From Waterburya sp. (GTDB taxonomy: Bacteria; Cyanobacteriota; Cyanobacteriia; Cyanobacteriales; Xenococcaceae): a stretch of DNA of 64,000 nt. The notes under the pieces were generated by a model. It did no database searches and was not told the DNA's origin. It saw nothing but the letters and a program-made list of their open reading frames with translations. The stretch covers positions 5,142,100 through 5,206,099 of the forward strand of contig CBDCJV010000002.1 in the NCBI GenBank assembly GCA_965217895.1. Direction: 5' to 3'. A program made the translations under genes and the position numbers. The first letter of the stretch is position 1; each line of letters starts with the position of its first letter. Shown one piece after another: positions 42,724 through 54,462 of the stretch.

Positions 42724-42983
42724 AATTGGGGTTAAATATAAATTTCACTTAAAGTTTACTGGTAGTTTTTCCATGTTTTCCATTGAGCTGTATGAAGATT
42801 CGGTGTAAATATTTTAGTAGCTTCAATAATTTACTAAGATTTTAGTTAATTGATTTGTTATCTTTGTTATCTTTGTTATCAGCTTAACTAAGCAAGCTTA
42901 GAAAAAAGCAGGCAGGTTAGTTTGATTTCTCGCTTAAATTTAAGTCTATATCTATACTACTGTTGTCACCAAATTTAGTTATT

Positions 42984-43406
42984 ATGCCTCAATCAACTGA
43001 AATTAAGTCCCACCTAAATAAGCAAGCCAAAGCGATCGCCACTCCTCAAAATTCACTAGGAATTACTGCCACAGAAATTCGTCCCTGGGGTTCTTTTACC
43101 ACCTTAGAGGAAGGAGCGGGATATAAAATTAAAAGAATAGAAGTTAATCCTGGTCACCGCTTAAGCTCACAAATGCACCATCATAGAAGTGAACATTGGA
43201 TTGTAGTTTCTGGTACGGCAAAAGTTAACTGTGGCGACCAAGAAATGATTCTAGGTAGCAATCAATCTACATATGTTCCCCAATGTACCACTCATCGATT
43301 AGAAAATCCTGGCGTAATCAAGCTAGTTTTAATCGAAGTTCAAAATGGTCAATATTTAGGCGAAGATGACATTATTCGTTTTAGTGATGATTATGCTCGT
43401 CAATAG
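42984..43406 (+). CDS. Mannose-6-phosphate isomerase type II-like cupin
   Basis: RPWGSF..KRIEVNPGHRLSSQMHHHRSEHWIVVSG..YLGEDDIIRF; ATG start assumed. Confidence 0.9.
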   Translation: MPQSTEIKSHLNKQAKAIATPQNSLGITATEIRPWGSFTTLEEGAGYKIKRIEVNPGHRLSSQMHHHRSEHWIVVSGTAKVNCGDQEMILGSNQSTYVPQCTTHRLENPGVIKLVLIEVQNGQYLGEDDIIRFSDDYARQ

Positions 43407-43545
43407 TTGATTTTTAGTTTTGCCTCATAAATAATTTTAACTAAGATGAAAGATTTTTTTAACTAAAGCCACGTAAATTGAAGCTGTGAAAGTGTTTTGC
43501 TGTAGCATAGTCTAAAGATTAAGGCGTTATAAGCAAAGCATTTTC

Positions 43546-43887
43546 ATGGTTGATATTAGTCCATCCGCAGTCAAAGAAATACAGCGAATCCAACGGAATA
43601 GAAAAACAAGCAGTTTTTTGCGACTAGCTGTTAGTCCAGGAGGCTGTTCTGGTTGGTATTACCAGCTAAAATTAGAGAATGCTCATGTTCCCACTTTATC
43701 TTCAGAACAGATTTTAGAAATTGGAAATATCACAATATTAGTCGATGCCAATTCTTGGAAATATATTGGAGATTTAGAATTAGACTATTCTGAGGATCTT
43801 ATAGGAGGCGGATTTAGGTTTCATAATCCCAAAGCGAAGAACATTTGTGGTTGTGGCATATCTTTTGCTATTGCTAAAGAAAAATAA
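43546..43887 (+). CDS. IscA/HesB iron-sulfur cluster assembly protein
   Basis: GGCSG; GGGFRFHNP..CGCGISF. Confidence 0.92.
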   Translation: MVDISPSAVKEIQRIQRNRKTSSFLRLAVSPGGCSGWYYQLKLENAHVPTLSSEQILEIGNITILVDANSWKYIGDLELDYSEDLIGGGFRFHNPKAKNICGCGISFAIAKEK

Positions 43888-44070
43888 GATATTAGCCAAG
43901 CCCAATATTGTTTCTGTTATGCCCATAATCATAAGCTGATGATAATGCTATACTCAAGGTTGACAGAGCGACGCTTTTCAAAATAGTATTGTAATTTGTC
44001 TGCTACTCTGTTAGCTTATTTCGACATCAACAAACTTAAGAGGATTTCAAACCACTCAAGCTAATAACTC

Positions 44071-44445
44071 ATGCCCACTATTCAGCAACTAATTCGTAGC
44101 GAAAGATCTAAGTCGCAAAAGAAAACTAAATCTCCTGCTCTCAAGGAATGCCCTCAGCGTCGTGGAGTTTGCACCAGAGTATATACGACTACCCCTAAAA
44201 AACCCAATTCAGCACTAAGAAAAGTAGCTAGGGTACGTCTAACTTCAGGGTTTGAAGTAACCGCTTACATTCCTGGAATTGGACACAATTTACAGGAACA
44301 CTCGGTTGTGCTAATTCGTGGAGGTCGGGTTAAAGATCTGCCAGGAGTAAGATATCATATAGTTCGCGGTACTTTAGACACAACTGGAGTAAAAGACAGA
44401 TCTCAAAGCCGTTCCAAGTATGGAACTAAAAAACCTAAGTCTTAG
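44071..44445 (+). CDS. rpsL: 30S ribosomal protein S12
   Basis: [27 protein letters not shown]. Confidence 0.99.
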   Translation: MPTIQQLIRSERSKSQKKTKSPALKECPQRRGVCTRVYTTTPKKPNSALRKVARVRLTSGFEVTAYIPGIGHNLQEHSVVLIRGGRVKDLPGVRYHIVRGTLDTTGVKDRSQSRSKYGTKKPKS

Positions 44446-44783
44446 GGCTTGTATCAATGTTTTTATCGCTAAATAGTGTAGACTAAGCGCATCCTCATCT
44501 GAAGAGTTGCTATTGCAGACAAGGATGCTATTTTTAGTGAGAAGCAGATTTACGAACTTCTTTGTTTTTCTGGACAGTAGAGCAGTAGTATTTAGTTCAA
44601 ACATTATTATTGCTCTTAATCTCAAACTCAGTTTAATAAACTTAAAATAAATTAGCCTAAATGGTAGCAGTCTCTTGAGTTTAAACAAGTTTGTTATTTC
44701 CTGGTCGTGATCAGTAGCATTAATTTATTGATTGAAAATGACCAAAACACAATTTTATAATCCTCAACTTAACTAGTAAGCAA

Positions 44784-45254
44784 ATGTCTCGTCGTTCAAC
44801 TAAGAAAAAACGCCCCGTCCCCCCAGATCCAGTTTATAATAGCCGTCTTTTGAGCATGACTATTAGAAGAATTATGCGTAGTGGGAAGCAGTCTTTAGCG
44901 TCTCGAATAATTTATGATGCTATGTCCATGATTGGCGAAAGAACTGGCAACGAACCAATAGAGGTATTTGAACAAGCTATCAAAAACCTGACTCCCTTGG
45001 TAGAAGTTAAAGCGCGTCGTGTTGGTGGGGCTACATATCAAGTACCTATGGAGGTCAGGCAAGGTAGAGGTACAACCTTGGCTTTACGCTGGTTAATTCA
45101 GTTTTCTCGTTCTAGAGGCGGTCGTACAATGGCAGGTAAGTTAGCCAGCGAAATTATGGACGCTGCTAATGAAACTGGAGGAGCTATGAAAAAGAGGGAT
45201 GAAACTCATCGTATGGCAGAGGCAAACAAGGCTTTTGCTCATTATCGTTATTAA
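44784..45254 (+). CDS. rpsG: 30S ribosomal protein S7
   Basis: [23 protein letters not shown]. Confidence 0.99.
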   Translation: MSRRSTKKKRPVPPDPVYNSRLLSMTIRRIMRSGKQSLASRIIYDAMSMIGERTGNEPIEVFEQAIKNLTPLVEVKARRVGGATYQVPMEVRQGRGTTLALRWLIQFSRSRGGRTMAGKLASEIMDAANETGGAMKKRDETHRMAEANKAFAHYRY

Positions 45255-45594
45255 ATCTAAACTGAGTTGTTTTAGCCTTGATTAGATAAATTAAATAAGA
45301 TAGCCTGGTAATTTATTCAGAGTCAGGAAAAATGCTAAGGCGTATAGCTGGATTTGCCCTATTCCATCTTTGATTTAAGCTCAAACAACTCAATGCTTCT
45401 ATATTTTTATGCCCACTGCTTACGGTAATCCCCATAGTAAAGCAGTTCAATTTTAAATAAAATTTAATAAAAGTATAGAATTATAAGCGACGTTAAAAAA
45501 GGTCACAGATTACTCCGCCCTACACGGGCGAAGCCTGCTGTGACTGTAGGTAAACATTTAGCAATTTCATCCTGCAAGATGCAAGGAGGTACTT

Positions 45595-47676
45595 GTGGCA
45601 CGTACTATACCGCTTGAGCAAGTGCGAAACATAGGCATTGCTGCTCACATAGATGCGGGCAAAACGACAACAACAGAACGTATTCTTTTTTACACGGGCA
45701 TCGCCTACAAAATGGGAGAAGTTCATGATGGTGCAGCCACTATGGACTGGATGCAGCAAGAGCAGGAAAGAGGAATTACCATTACCGCTGCTGCCATCAC
45801 TACAAGCTGGAAAGATCATAAAGTCAATATTATTGATACCCCAGGTCACGTAGACTTCACAATTGAAGTTGAGCGTTCGATGCGCGTGCTTGATGGTGTG
45901 ATTGCTGTATTTTGTTCTGTAGGCGGTGTACAGCCACAGTCTGAGACTGTTTGGCGGCAGGCAAATAGATATAATGTGCCAAGAATCGCTTTTGTCAACA
46001 AAATGGATCGTACAGGAGCAAATTTCTTTAAAGTTCATGAGCAAATTAAAGATCGCCTTCAAGCCAATGCAGTGCCAATTCAGATTCCTATTGGCAGTGA
46101 GGGAGAGTTTGAAGGGATTGTAGATTTGGTTGAGATGAAAGCTATCATCTACAAAGACGATTTAGGAAAAGAGATAGAAAATATTGAAATTCCCGAACAG
46201 CTACAGGCTAAAGCTAAAGAATATAGAGCTAAGTTAATCGAATCTATTGCCGAAACTGACGAAGCACTCCTCGAAAAATTTTTGATGGAGGAGGAGTTCA
46301 GTACAGCAGAAATTAAGGCAGCAATCCGTAAGGGTACGATTGATGGTTCTATTATGCCTATGCTGTGTGGCTCTGCGTTCAAAAACAAAGGAGTTCAAAT
46401 CCTTCTAGACGCGGTAGTAGATTACTTACCTGCTCCTACTGAAGTACCTCCTATTACGGGTGAGCTACCTGATGGCGAAGAAGGCGTAAGGCATTCTAGT
46501 GATGAAGAACCTTTTGCAGCATTGGCATTTAAAATTGCCAGTGATAAATTTGGTCGCTTGACTTTTGTAAGAGTCTATTCAGGGGTTTTGGAGAAAGGTA
46601 GCTATGTTTACAACGCTACCAAGCAAAAAAAAGAGCGCATTTCGCGCTTGGTGGTTTTAAAATCTAACGACCGTATTGAAGTAGATGAACTTAGGGCTGG
46701 TGATTTAGGCGCAATTGTTGGCTTGAAATTGGCCTCTACCGGGGATACTCTGTGTGATGATAAACAGCCGATCATTTTAGAATCTTTATTTGTTCCTGAA
46801 CCAGTAATCTCTGTAGCAGTAGAACCTCAGACTAAGAGCGATGTAGAAAAGCTATCAAAGGCTTTACAAACTCTTTCAGACGAAGATCCCACTTTTCGCG
46901 TCAGCACTAATCCTGAAACTAACCAGACTGTAATTGCGGGAATGGGAGAACTTCATCTAGAAATTCTCGTAGATAGAATGTTAAGGGAGTTTAATGTTGA
47001 GGCTACGGTAGGTAAACCTCAAGTAGCTTATCGTGAGACGATTTGTCAAAGCAGTCGAGCCGAAGGTAAATACATCAAGCAGAGTGGCGGGAAAGGTCAA
47101 TATGGTCATGCCGTATTAGAAATTGAACCTGCTGAAGCGAAAAGTGGTTTTGAGTTTGTTTCCAAAATTGTCGGTGGCACTATTCCCAAAGAATATATCC
47201 CTGCCATTGAACAAGGGGTGAAACAAACCTGTGAATCTGGTATCTTGTCAGGATATCCTTTGATAGATGTCAAAGTTACTTTAGTTGATGGCTCATACCA
47301 CGATGTAGACTCAAATGAAATGGCTTTTAAGGTTGCTGGTTCGATGGCAGTCAGAGAAGCAGTAAAAAAAGCTTCTCCTGTGGTCTTAGAGCCAATGATG
47401 AAAGTTGAGGTTGAAGTTCCTGAAGATTTCTTAGGAGATGTGATCGGAGACTTGAATTCTCGCCGAGGCAACATTGAAGGTATGAACTCCGAAGCTGGCA
47501 TAGCAAAAATAGATGCTCAAGTTCCTTTGGCCAAGATGTTTGGCTATGCTACTGATATCCGCTCAAAAACCCAAGGACGCGGTATATTTTCAATGGAGTT
47601 CAGCGAATATAGCGAGGTTCCTCGTAATGAAGCAGAGGTAATTATCGCTAAAAATAAAGGGAACACACTAATTTAA
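45595..47676 (+). CDS. fusA: Elongation factor G
   Basis: [24 protein letters not shown]. Confidence 0.99.
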   Translation: MARTIPLEQVRNIGIAAHIDAGKTTTTERILFYTGIAYKMGEVHDGAATMDWMQQEQERGITITAAAITTSWKDHKVNIIDTPGHVDFTIEVERSMRVLDGVIAVFCSVGGVQPQSETVWRQANRYNVPRIAFVNKMDRTGANFFKVHEQIKDRLQANAVPIQIPIGSEGEFEGIVDLVEMKAIIYKDDLGKEIENIEIPEQLQAKAKEYRAKLIESIAETDEALLEKFLMEEEFSTAEIKAAIRKGTIDGSIMPMLCGSAFKNKGVQILLDAVVDYLPAPTEVPPITGELPDGEEGVRHSSDEEPFAALAFKIASDKFGRLTFVRVYSGVLEKGSYVYNATKQKKERISRLVVLKSNDRIEVDELRAGDLGAIVGLKLASTGDTLCDDKQPIILESLFVPEPVISVAVEPQTKSDVEKLSKALQTLSDEDPTFRVSTNPETNQTVIAGMGELHLEILVDRMLREFNVEATVGKPQVAYRETICQSSRAEGKYIKQSGGKGQYGHAVLEIEPAEAKSGFEFVSKIVGGTIPKEYIPAIEQGVKQTCESGILSGYPLIDVKVTLVDGSYHDVDSNEMAFKVAGSMAVREAVKKASPVVLEPMMKVEVEVPEDFLGDVIGDLNSRRGNIEGMNSEAGIAKIDAQVPLAKMFGYATDIRSKTQGRGIFSMEFSEYSEVPRNEAEVIIAKNKGNTLI

Positions 47677-47695
47677 ATAAGGAATAAGTACATTA

Positions 47696-48925
47696 ATGGC
47701 ACGCGCAAAGTTTGAACGTAATAAAGAACACGCTAATATCGGTACTGTGGGTCATGTAGACCATGGTAAAACTACTTTAACAGCAGCTATTACTCTAGCT
47801 TTGGCTGCTACGGGCAATGCTAAAGCGAGAAAATATGAAGATATTGATGCTGCTCCTGAAGAAAAAGCGCGTGGCATCACGATCAACACTGCTCACGTAG
47901 AATACGAAACAGAAAATCGTCACTACGCTCACGTGGACTGTCCTGGACACGCTGATTATGTAAAAAATATGATTACTGGTGCTGCTCAAATGGATGGCGG
48001 TATTCTAGTAGTATCAGCAGCAGATGGCCCCATGCCTCAAACTCGCGAACACATTCTTTTGGCTAAACAAGTTGGTGTTCCTAGCTTGGTAGTGTTTATG
48101 AATAAAGAAGACCAAGTAGACGACGAAGAGCTACTTGAATTGGTTGAACTGGAAATTCGTGAGCTATTAAGCGAATACGATTTTCCTGGTGACGATATTC
48201 CTATCGTTGCTGGTTCTGCTCTTAAGGCAGTAGAAGCATTGACCGCTAAACCCGACACCAAGCAAGGTGAAGATCCATGGGTTGATAAAATTTACGATCT
48301 CATGGAGCAGGTAGATACCTATATTCCTACTCCTGAGCGTGAAATCGACAAGCCTTTCTTGATGGCTGTAGAAGATGTCTTCTCCATTACAGGTCGTGGT
48401 ACTGTGGCTACTGGCCGTATTGAGCGTGGTGTAGTAAAAGTAGGAGAAACTATTGAAATTATTGGTATTAGAGATACCCGCAGCACTACAGTCACTGGCG
48501 TAGAAATGTTCCAAAAAACTTTGGATCAAGGTATGGCTGGAGACAACGTAGGTGTACTTCTTCGTGGTGTACAGAAAGAAGATATTGAACGGGGTATGGT
48601 TTTGGCTAAACCTGGTTCAATTACTCCTCACACTGAATTTGAAGGAGAAGTTTATGTACTAACTAAAGAAGAAGGTGGTCGTCATACTCCTTTTTTCAAA
48701 AACTATCGCCCTCAGTTCTACGTTCGTACAACTGACGTAACTGGCACCATTACTGACTACACTGCTGATGATGGCAGTGCAGTGGAAATGGTAATGCCTG
48801 GCGATCGCATTAAAATGAACGTAGAGCTAATTAACGCGATCGCTATTGAGCAAGGAATGCGCTTTGCGATTCGTGAAGGTGGTCGTACTATTGGTGCTGG
48901 TGTAGTCTCTAAGATTATTAAGTAG
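47696..48925 (+). CDS. tuf: Elongation factor Tu
   Basis: [26 protein letters not shown]. Confidence 0.99.
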   Translation: MARAKFERNKEHANIGTVGHVDHGKTTLTAAITLALAATGNAKARKYEDIDAAPEEKARGITINTAHVEYETENRHYAHVDCPGHADYVKNMITGAAQMDGGILVVSAADGPMPQTREHILLAKQVGVPSLVVFMNKEDQVDDEELLELVELEIRELLSEYDFPGDDIPIVAGSALKAVEALTAKPDTKQGEDPWVDKIYDLMEQVDTYIPTPEREIDKPFLMAVEDVFSITGRGTVATGRIERGVVKVGETIEIIGIRDTRSTTVTGVEMFQKTLDQGMAGDNVGVLLRGVQKEDIERGMVLAKPGSITPHTEFEGEVYVLTKEEGGRHTPFFKNYRPQFYVRTTDVTGTITDYTADDGSAVEMVMPGDRIKMNVELINAIAIEQGMRFAIREGGRTIGAGVVSKIIK

Positions 48926-49125
48926 TCCGTAGGACAACCTAAATAGAACGAATAACTCAACCCTATGGGAGTAGACTTTGTTAGTCAAATAGCTTGACTG
49001 ATATCGTCTCCTCCCCTAGCTTTTGTGAGAGAATAATGTGTATATTTAGCATTAGTGGTGAATTTCATAACCGACTCTTAAGCTATAATCCTTTTTAAAC
49101 ATCCGTACCTCGACAACCAAACAAC

Positions 49126-49443
49126 ATGGCAACGATTCAACAACAAAAAATCCGCATTCGCCTCAAAGCTTTCGATCAACGTCTACTTGATACTTCCTGT
49201 GAAAAAATTGTAGACACGGCCAATAGAACCAATGCTTCTGCTGTTGGCCCAATTCCTTTACCGACTAAAAGAAGAATTTACTGTGTATTGCGATCTCCCC
49301 ACGTAGATAAAGATTCTCGCGAACACTTTGAAACTCGTACTCATCGCCGTATTATTGACATCTACAAGCCTTCTTCTAAAACTATTGATGCTCTAATGAA
49401 GTTGGATTTGCCTGCTGGGGTTGATATTGAAGTCAAACTTTAA
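49126..49443 (+). CDS. rpsJ: 30S ribosomal protein S10
   Basis: [24 protein letters not shown]. Confidence 0.99.
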   Translation: MATIQQQKIRIRLKAFDQRLLDTSCEKIVDTANRTNASAVGPIPLPTKRRIYCVLRSPHVDKDSREHFETRTHRRIIDIYKPSSKTIDALMKLDLPAGVDIEVKL

Positions 49444-49585
49444 TATTTAGATTTTTAGGCTATAAATAAATGATTCTGCCCTTTAGATTTTCTCTGGAGG
49501 GTTTTTAAGTATGTACGTTCTGATTAAAAATCCGTTAAAGTAAAGAATAAGTAACAATACTAGCTATAAATATAAACAAGTTTAG

Positions 49586-50227
49586 ATGGCACCTTCTTCA
49601 ATCGCAGTCAGAGAACTACCCTTATTTCCCCTTCCTGAAGTCGTTTTGTTTCCCAGCCGTCCGCTACCGCTGCATATATTTGAGTATCGTTACAGAATTA
49701 TGATGAATACAATTCTGGAAAATGATCGCCGTTTTGGAGTGTTGTCTATCGATCCCACTACGGGAGAAATTGCCGAATATGGTTGCTGTGCCGAAATTTT
49801 ACATTTTCAGAAACTACCTGATGATCGGATGAAAATGCTAACTTTTGGGCAACAAAGGTTTAAAGTTTTAGAATATGTTCGTGAAAAACCCTATCGTGTT
49901 GGCTTAGTAGAGTGGATTGATGATAAACCACCGACTCAAGACTTAAGACCTATGGCAACTGAAGTTGAAGAACTACTAAAAGATGTAGTTCATCTATCTG
50001 CTAAGCTCACCAGCCAGAAAATAGAGCTTCCTAATGATTTACCAAATTCTCCTACCGAGCTATCTTACTGGGTAGCCAGCAACTTGTATGGTGTAGCATC
50101 TGAACAGCAGGCATTGCTAGAAATGCAGGACACTTTAGAGCGTTTACAAAGAGAACAAGAAATTCTTGCTTCTACCCGTAATCATTTAGCAGCCCGCACG
50201 GCACTTAAAGATGCTTTGGATAATTAA
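49586..50227 (+). CDS. LON peptidase substrate-binding domain protein
   Basis: ELPLFPLPEVVLFP..LPLHIFEYRYR. Confidence 0.92.
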   Translation: MAPSSIAVRELPLFPLPEVVLFPSRPLPLHIFEYRYRIMMNTILENDRRFGVLSIDPTTGEIAEYGCCAEILHFQKLPDDRMKMLTFGQQRFKVLEYVREKPYRVGLVEWIDDKPPTQDLRPMATEVEELLKDVVHLSAKLTSQKIELPNDLPNSPTELSYWVASNLYGVASEQQALLEMQDTLERLQREQEILASTRNHLAARTALKDALDN

Positions 50228-50330
50228 CCTAATTTGAATCAATGAATAAATTAGGCAAGTGTCATCAACAGTGGCAAGTCTTATAATACCAAATTAAATA
50301 GCGTTTCTTACATATACCTTATAGGGCTTA

Positions 50331-50357
50331 TAGGGGCTATTTGCCAATAGCCCCTAC
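50331..50357. repeat. REP-like palindrome
   Basis: TAGGGGCTATTTGCCAATAGCCCCTAC. Confidence 0.6.
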
Positions 50358-50456
50358 ACAAATCACCTGTCATATTTAAAATTAAAATTGGTATCATCTT
50401 ATATAGATTTAAATGATATTAACGACTCCGTTTCTTATAAGCTTTAATTGTCTGCT

Positions 50457-50732
50457 CTAAATTGGATAGGTTAGCGGAGAAACTACTAATACAGGAATAT
50501 TTGCAGGGGTTAGACAAATATCGCCGTGGCTGAAGCAATCGCCTCGTAGATGAGCATTTAATAATTGCTCTTTGAGTACTGCCGTATGATTGAGATGAAT
50601 TGTGATCAAGTGTTGCGAAAGACAATGCTTAAGGGTCTCAAAGGGGTTAGGATATTTGTGATAGCTAACTTTGACTCCTTTTACATCATTAAAGAGGTCT
50701 GTCTTCTGGTTATTATCACTTAAGCTTATCAT
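50457..50732 (-). pseudogene. Possible truncated AraC-family regulator N-terminus
   Basis: QHLITIHL..GDICLTPANIP resembles cyanobacterial AraC N-domains; no HTH follows. Confidence 0.35.
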
Positions 50733-50848
50733 AGTAATTAATAAATAGTAATTTACAAAGTATTGATTTCAATCTATAGTATTTTTTAGAATCAACTTAG
50801 TAAACTACTTAGTTTTAAACCAGCAGTTAACAACGGCATCATTATATT

Positions 50849-52678
50849 ATGCAGATATTTAGTGAAAGTATCTGGCTAGTACCTTGCTATGCACTAGTCG
50901 GGACGACATTAGCCTTAATGTGGTCGCCAGGAATTATTAAAAAAACTGGCTCCAGACCAGCAGGATATATTAATTTAGCAATAACCTGTATAGCTTTTGC
51001 TCACAGCATCTTAGCTTTACAAGAAATTTGGCAGCAGCCAGTCCAAGAAATAAGGTTTCCTTGGCTAACGGCAGCAGGTTTATATATATCCTTTGATATT
51101 AAAATCTCAGCTATTACTGTCGGCGCATTAGTTTTAATCACGGGTTTAAATATCCTGGCACAGCTATATGCCGTGGGCTATATGGAAATGGACTGGGGTT
51201 GGGGCAGATTTTATGCCTTGATGGGCTTTTTTGAAGCAGGTTTATCTGGACTGGCTTTATGTAATACCCTCTTTTTTAGCTATGTGTTTTTAGAATTGCT
51301 CACCTTAGCTACTTACTTAATTGTCGGCTTTTGGTTTGCTCAACCTCTGGTAGTTACAGGGGCAAGAGATGCCTTTTGGACAAAGCGGGTAGGAGATTTA
51401 TTGCTACTGATCGGTATAATATCCCTTTGGTCTTTTACAGGTACATTGAACTATGACGACTTGGCAGAGTGGTCCAAGGTGACTAACTTAAGTCCCTTGA
51501 CGGCTAATTTGCTATGTTTGGCTTTGATTTCAGGTCCTTTAGCTAAATGCGCTCAGTTTCCCTTGCAGCTATGGCTAGATGAAGCGATGGAAGGACCAGT
51601 TCCCGCCTCCATGCTACGTAACTCGATTGTGGTAGCAACGGGGGCTTATGTTCTTATCCAGCTACAGCCTGTGCTAGCACAGTCAACTATTTCTAATTTA
51701 GTAATGATTGGCGTGGGTTCGTTTACAGCCATTAGCGCGTCTTTAATTGCGATCGCTCAAGTAGACATTAAGCGGACTTTATCTTATTCCGTCAGTGCCT
51801 ATATGGGTTTTGTCTTTATTGCCGTAGCGGTGGGGGCAAACCATGCAGCCTTACTCTTGATTTTAATTCATGCTGTGGCGATGACCTTGTTGTATATGAG
51901 TGCTGGCTCAATTATTATCAGCAATATTACCCAAAATATTACACAGTTAGGTGGTACATTTGGTCGTCGTCCCGTAAGTGGTACAGCTTTTTTAGTTGGT
52001 GCTGCTAGCTTAATTGCCGTTCCTCCTTTAGGTGGCTTTTGGGCATTACTGGAATTAGGGGATTATTTACTAGATGCACAGCCCATCTTATTTGCAGTAC
52101 TGATCTTGGTAAACGGGTTAACTGCTTTTAGTTTAATGCGGGTATTTGGCTTAGTATTTGGCGGTAAAATCCAGGCAATGAGTAAACGTTGCCCCGAAGT
52201 TTTGTGGGCAATGATCTTGCCAATGACTATCTTAACGGGAGTTGTCCTACATTTTCCTTTGATTTTGCAGCAGTTTAACTTACTTCCCACCTGGGCTGAT
52301 TTAGATCAAAAGGTAGCGTTGCTTTTAATTGGTTCAAGTATTACTGGTCTTAGCTTGGGTGCATTTTTCTATCTAAAAGAAAGCAAAAATAAACCTGTCG
52401 AGTTAGTTCCTCCGTTTCTGCAAAAATTACTGGCTAACGATCTTTATATTCAAGATATTTATCGTTTAACAGTTGTCAGTTTAATTGGAATAACTTCTAG
52501 AATTGTTGCCTGGTGCGATCGCTATATTGTTGATGGCGCAGTAAATTTAGTGGGTATCAGTACTTTATTTAGCGGACAGACACTTAAATATAGTACTTCT
52601 GGTCAATCACAATTTTATTTCCTGTCAATTGTGCTGGGAACTATTTTGCTGGGCTTAATGTTTGCTTTAACACTCTAA
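50849..52678 (+). CDS. ndhF3: NDH-1 CO2-uptake subunit NdhF3
   Basis: GYMEMDWGWGRF, ARDAFWTKRVGD, AQFPLQLWLDEAMEGP; operon with cupA. Confidence 0.88.
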   Translation: MQIFSESIWLVPCYALVGTTLALMWSPGIIKKTGSRPAGYINLAITCIAFAHSILALQEIWQQPVQEIRFPWLTAAGLYISFDIKISAITVGALVLITGLNILAQLYAVGYMEMDWGWGRFYALMGFFEAGLSGLALCNTLFFSYVFLELLTLATYLIVGFWFAQPLVVTGARDAFWTKRVGDLLLLIGIISLWSFTGTLNYDDLAEWSKVTNLSPLTANLLCLALISGPLAKCAQFPLQLWLDEAMEGPVPASMLRNSIVVATGAYVLIQLQPVLAQSTISNLVMIGVGSFTAISASLIAIAQVDIKRTLSYSVSAYMGFVFIAVAVGANHAALLLILIHAVAMTLLYMSAGSIIISNITQNITQLGGTFGRRPVSGTAFLVGAASLIAVPPLGGFWALLELGDYLLDAQPILFAVLILVNGLTAFSLMRVFGLVFGGKIQAMSKRCPEVLWAMILPMTILTGVVLHFPLILQQFNLLPTWADLDQKVALLLIGSSITGLSLGAFFYLKESKNKPVELVPPFLQKLLANDLYIQDIYRLTVVSLIGITSRIVAWCDRYIVDGAVNLVGISTLFSGQTLKYSTSGQSQFYFLSIVLGTILLGLMFALTL

Positions 52679-52699
52679 AATTATTAACTTTCTAAAAAC

Positions 52700-52825
52700 A
52701 TGAAATACAGTTTATCAACTTCTAAAAGACGACTATTACAATTAAAAATCCTTTTCGACCAGGGATTTGGCAATATTTTTGTAGTTCGCAATGTAGGAAA
52801 TATTGTTATCCCCGCAGGAACTTGA
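52700..52825 (+). pseudogene. Beta-carbonic anhydrase remnant (41 aa)
   Basis: ILFDQGFGNIFVVRNVGNIV matches the beta-CA FDQG.GD.FVVR.AGN segment; Zn ligands absent. Confidence 0.6.
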
Positions 52826-52881
52826 ATCAAAGCCTTTTAGGGCGGCGAACAGTCAATTATTCATTTTCAATACTTTAACTC

Positions 52882-54429
52882 ATGCTTAGTTTATTAGTTT
52901 GGCTTCCCATTCTGGGAGCGTTAATTATTACCTGTTTACCTCAACAGAAATTGCAATTAATGCAAACGGTGAGTTTGGTCATAGGTGGTATTTCTTTAGC
53001 ACTTTCCCTGCTATTAATTCCTAATTACGACTTCCAACTTCAGGGGATGCAGTTTACTGAATTTTTACCTTGGATTGAGGTTTTAGGCTTAAATTACAAT
53101 TTGGGAATTGATGGTTTATCTTTACCTTTAGTTATCCTCAATAACCTATTAATTTGTCTTGCTATATATAGTAGTGATATAGCTCAGAAAGATAAAAATA
53201 CTTTGGCTCGACCTAGACTTTTTTACGGTCTAATCTTAATTTTGGCAGCCTGTATTAATGGGGTATTACTAGCGCAAAACCTGCTTTTATTCTTCATCTT
53301 CTACGAAGTAAAATTAATTCCTACCTACCTCTTAATTAACATTTGGGGTGGCGAAAATCGCAGCTATACAGGTACAAAGTATCTACTATATACGGCATTT
53401 TCGGGTATTTTTGTGCTGGCGGGATTTTTAGGAATTGCCTTTTTAACCGACAGTAGCTTTGACTATGGGATGGTTCAAACTCAGGTTTTACCCTATGGCA
53501 AACAGCTAATTCTTTTAATTACTTTAATCATCGGTTTTGCTATCAAAACCCCCCTTGTCCCCCTGCATACCTGGTTGCCCGATGCCTATACAGAATCATC
53601 CACGCCAGTATCAATAATTTTAGGAGGAATACTTTCAAAATTAGCAACTTACGGCTTAATCCGCTTTGGTTTAGGATTATTTCCTCAGTTATGGAATGAT
53701 GTTGCTTTTTGGCTAGCGGCGATCGCGGCGATCAGTGCTTTGTATGCTTCCTTTGTTGCCATTTCCCAAACTGACATCAAAAAAATGGTGGCATATAGTT
53801 CCATTGCCCATATTGCCTTTGTGGTTTTGGCAACGGCAGCAGGTACTTCTATCGCTATATCTGGGGCAATTTGCCAAATGTTTGCTCACGGCTTGATTGT
53901 GGCACTCTTATTTTACCTAGTTGGGGTTGTGGAAACCAAAACTGGGAGTCGCGATCTCAATGTCCTCAAAGGCTTGATGAATCCCCAACGGGGTTTACCC
54001 CTCATCGGTGGCTTGATGATTCTAGCTGTCATGGCGAGTGCAGGAATACCTGGGATGGTTGGTTTTATCGGCGAATATATTTCTTTTCAAGGAAGTTTTA
54101 CCGTATTTCCGATTTTTACAATACTTTGCTTAATTGCTACTGGTTTAACTTCGGTTTACTTTGTCATTATGCTAAATAAAGCATTTTTTGGCAAAATTGA
54201 CTGTCGCCAGACTCCAAAGGCATATCCTCAAGTAAGATTAGCCGAACGTTTGCCCGCATTGATTTTGGCTTTAATCATAGTCATTTTGGGAATACAACCA
54301 ATTTGGTTAACTAACCTTGCTGAGTTTAGTATTATCGCCAGTCATCCAATCAATACAACTATTGTGGCAGTGAACAATGAACAACTACGATATTCGCCTA
54401 CTCTTCACTCTCCACTTGGAAACCAATAA
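52882..54429 (+). CDS. ndhD3: NDH-1 CO2-uptake subunit NdhD3
   Basis: KTPLVPLHTWLPDAY; KKMVAYSSIAH; GLMNPQRGLP. Confidence 0.88.
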   Translation: MLSLLVWLPILGALIITCLPQQKLQLMQTVSLVIGGISLALSLLLIPNYDFQLQGMQFTEFLPWIEVLGLNYNLGIDGLSLPLVILNNLLICLAIYSSDIAQKDKNTLARPRLFYGLILILAACINGVLLAQNLLLFFIFYEVKLIPTYLLINIWGGENRSYTGTKYLLYTAFSGIFVLAGFLGIAFLTDSSFDYGMVQTQVLPYGKQLILLITLIIGFAIKTPLVPLHTWLPDAYTESSTPVSIILGGILSKLATYGLIRFGLGLFPQLWNDVAFWLAAIAAISALYASFVAISQTDIKKMVAYSSIAHIAFVVLATAAGTSIAISGAICQMFAHGLIVALLFYLVGVVETKTGSRDLNVLKGLMNPQRGLPLIGGLMILAVMASAGIPGMVGFIGEYISFQGSFTVFPIFTILCLIATGLTSVYFVIMLNKAFFGKIDCRQTPKAYPQVRLAERLPALILALIIVILGIQPIWLTNLAEFSIIASHPINTTIVAVNNEQLRYSPTLHSPLGNQ

Positions 54430-54462
54430 CTTTACTGTTCTAACTAATTAACTGCGATCGCC

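Noticed and set aside
42855..42881. TTTGTTATC x3 and similar short tandem runs (2915-2935, 29187-29250)
   Set aside because: Ordinary short tandem repeats with no further structure visible.
45520..48960. Antisense ORFs over fusA and tuf
   Set aside because: Shadows of highly conserved genes with no independent motifs.
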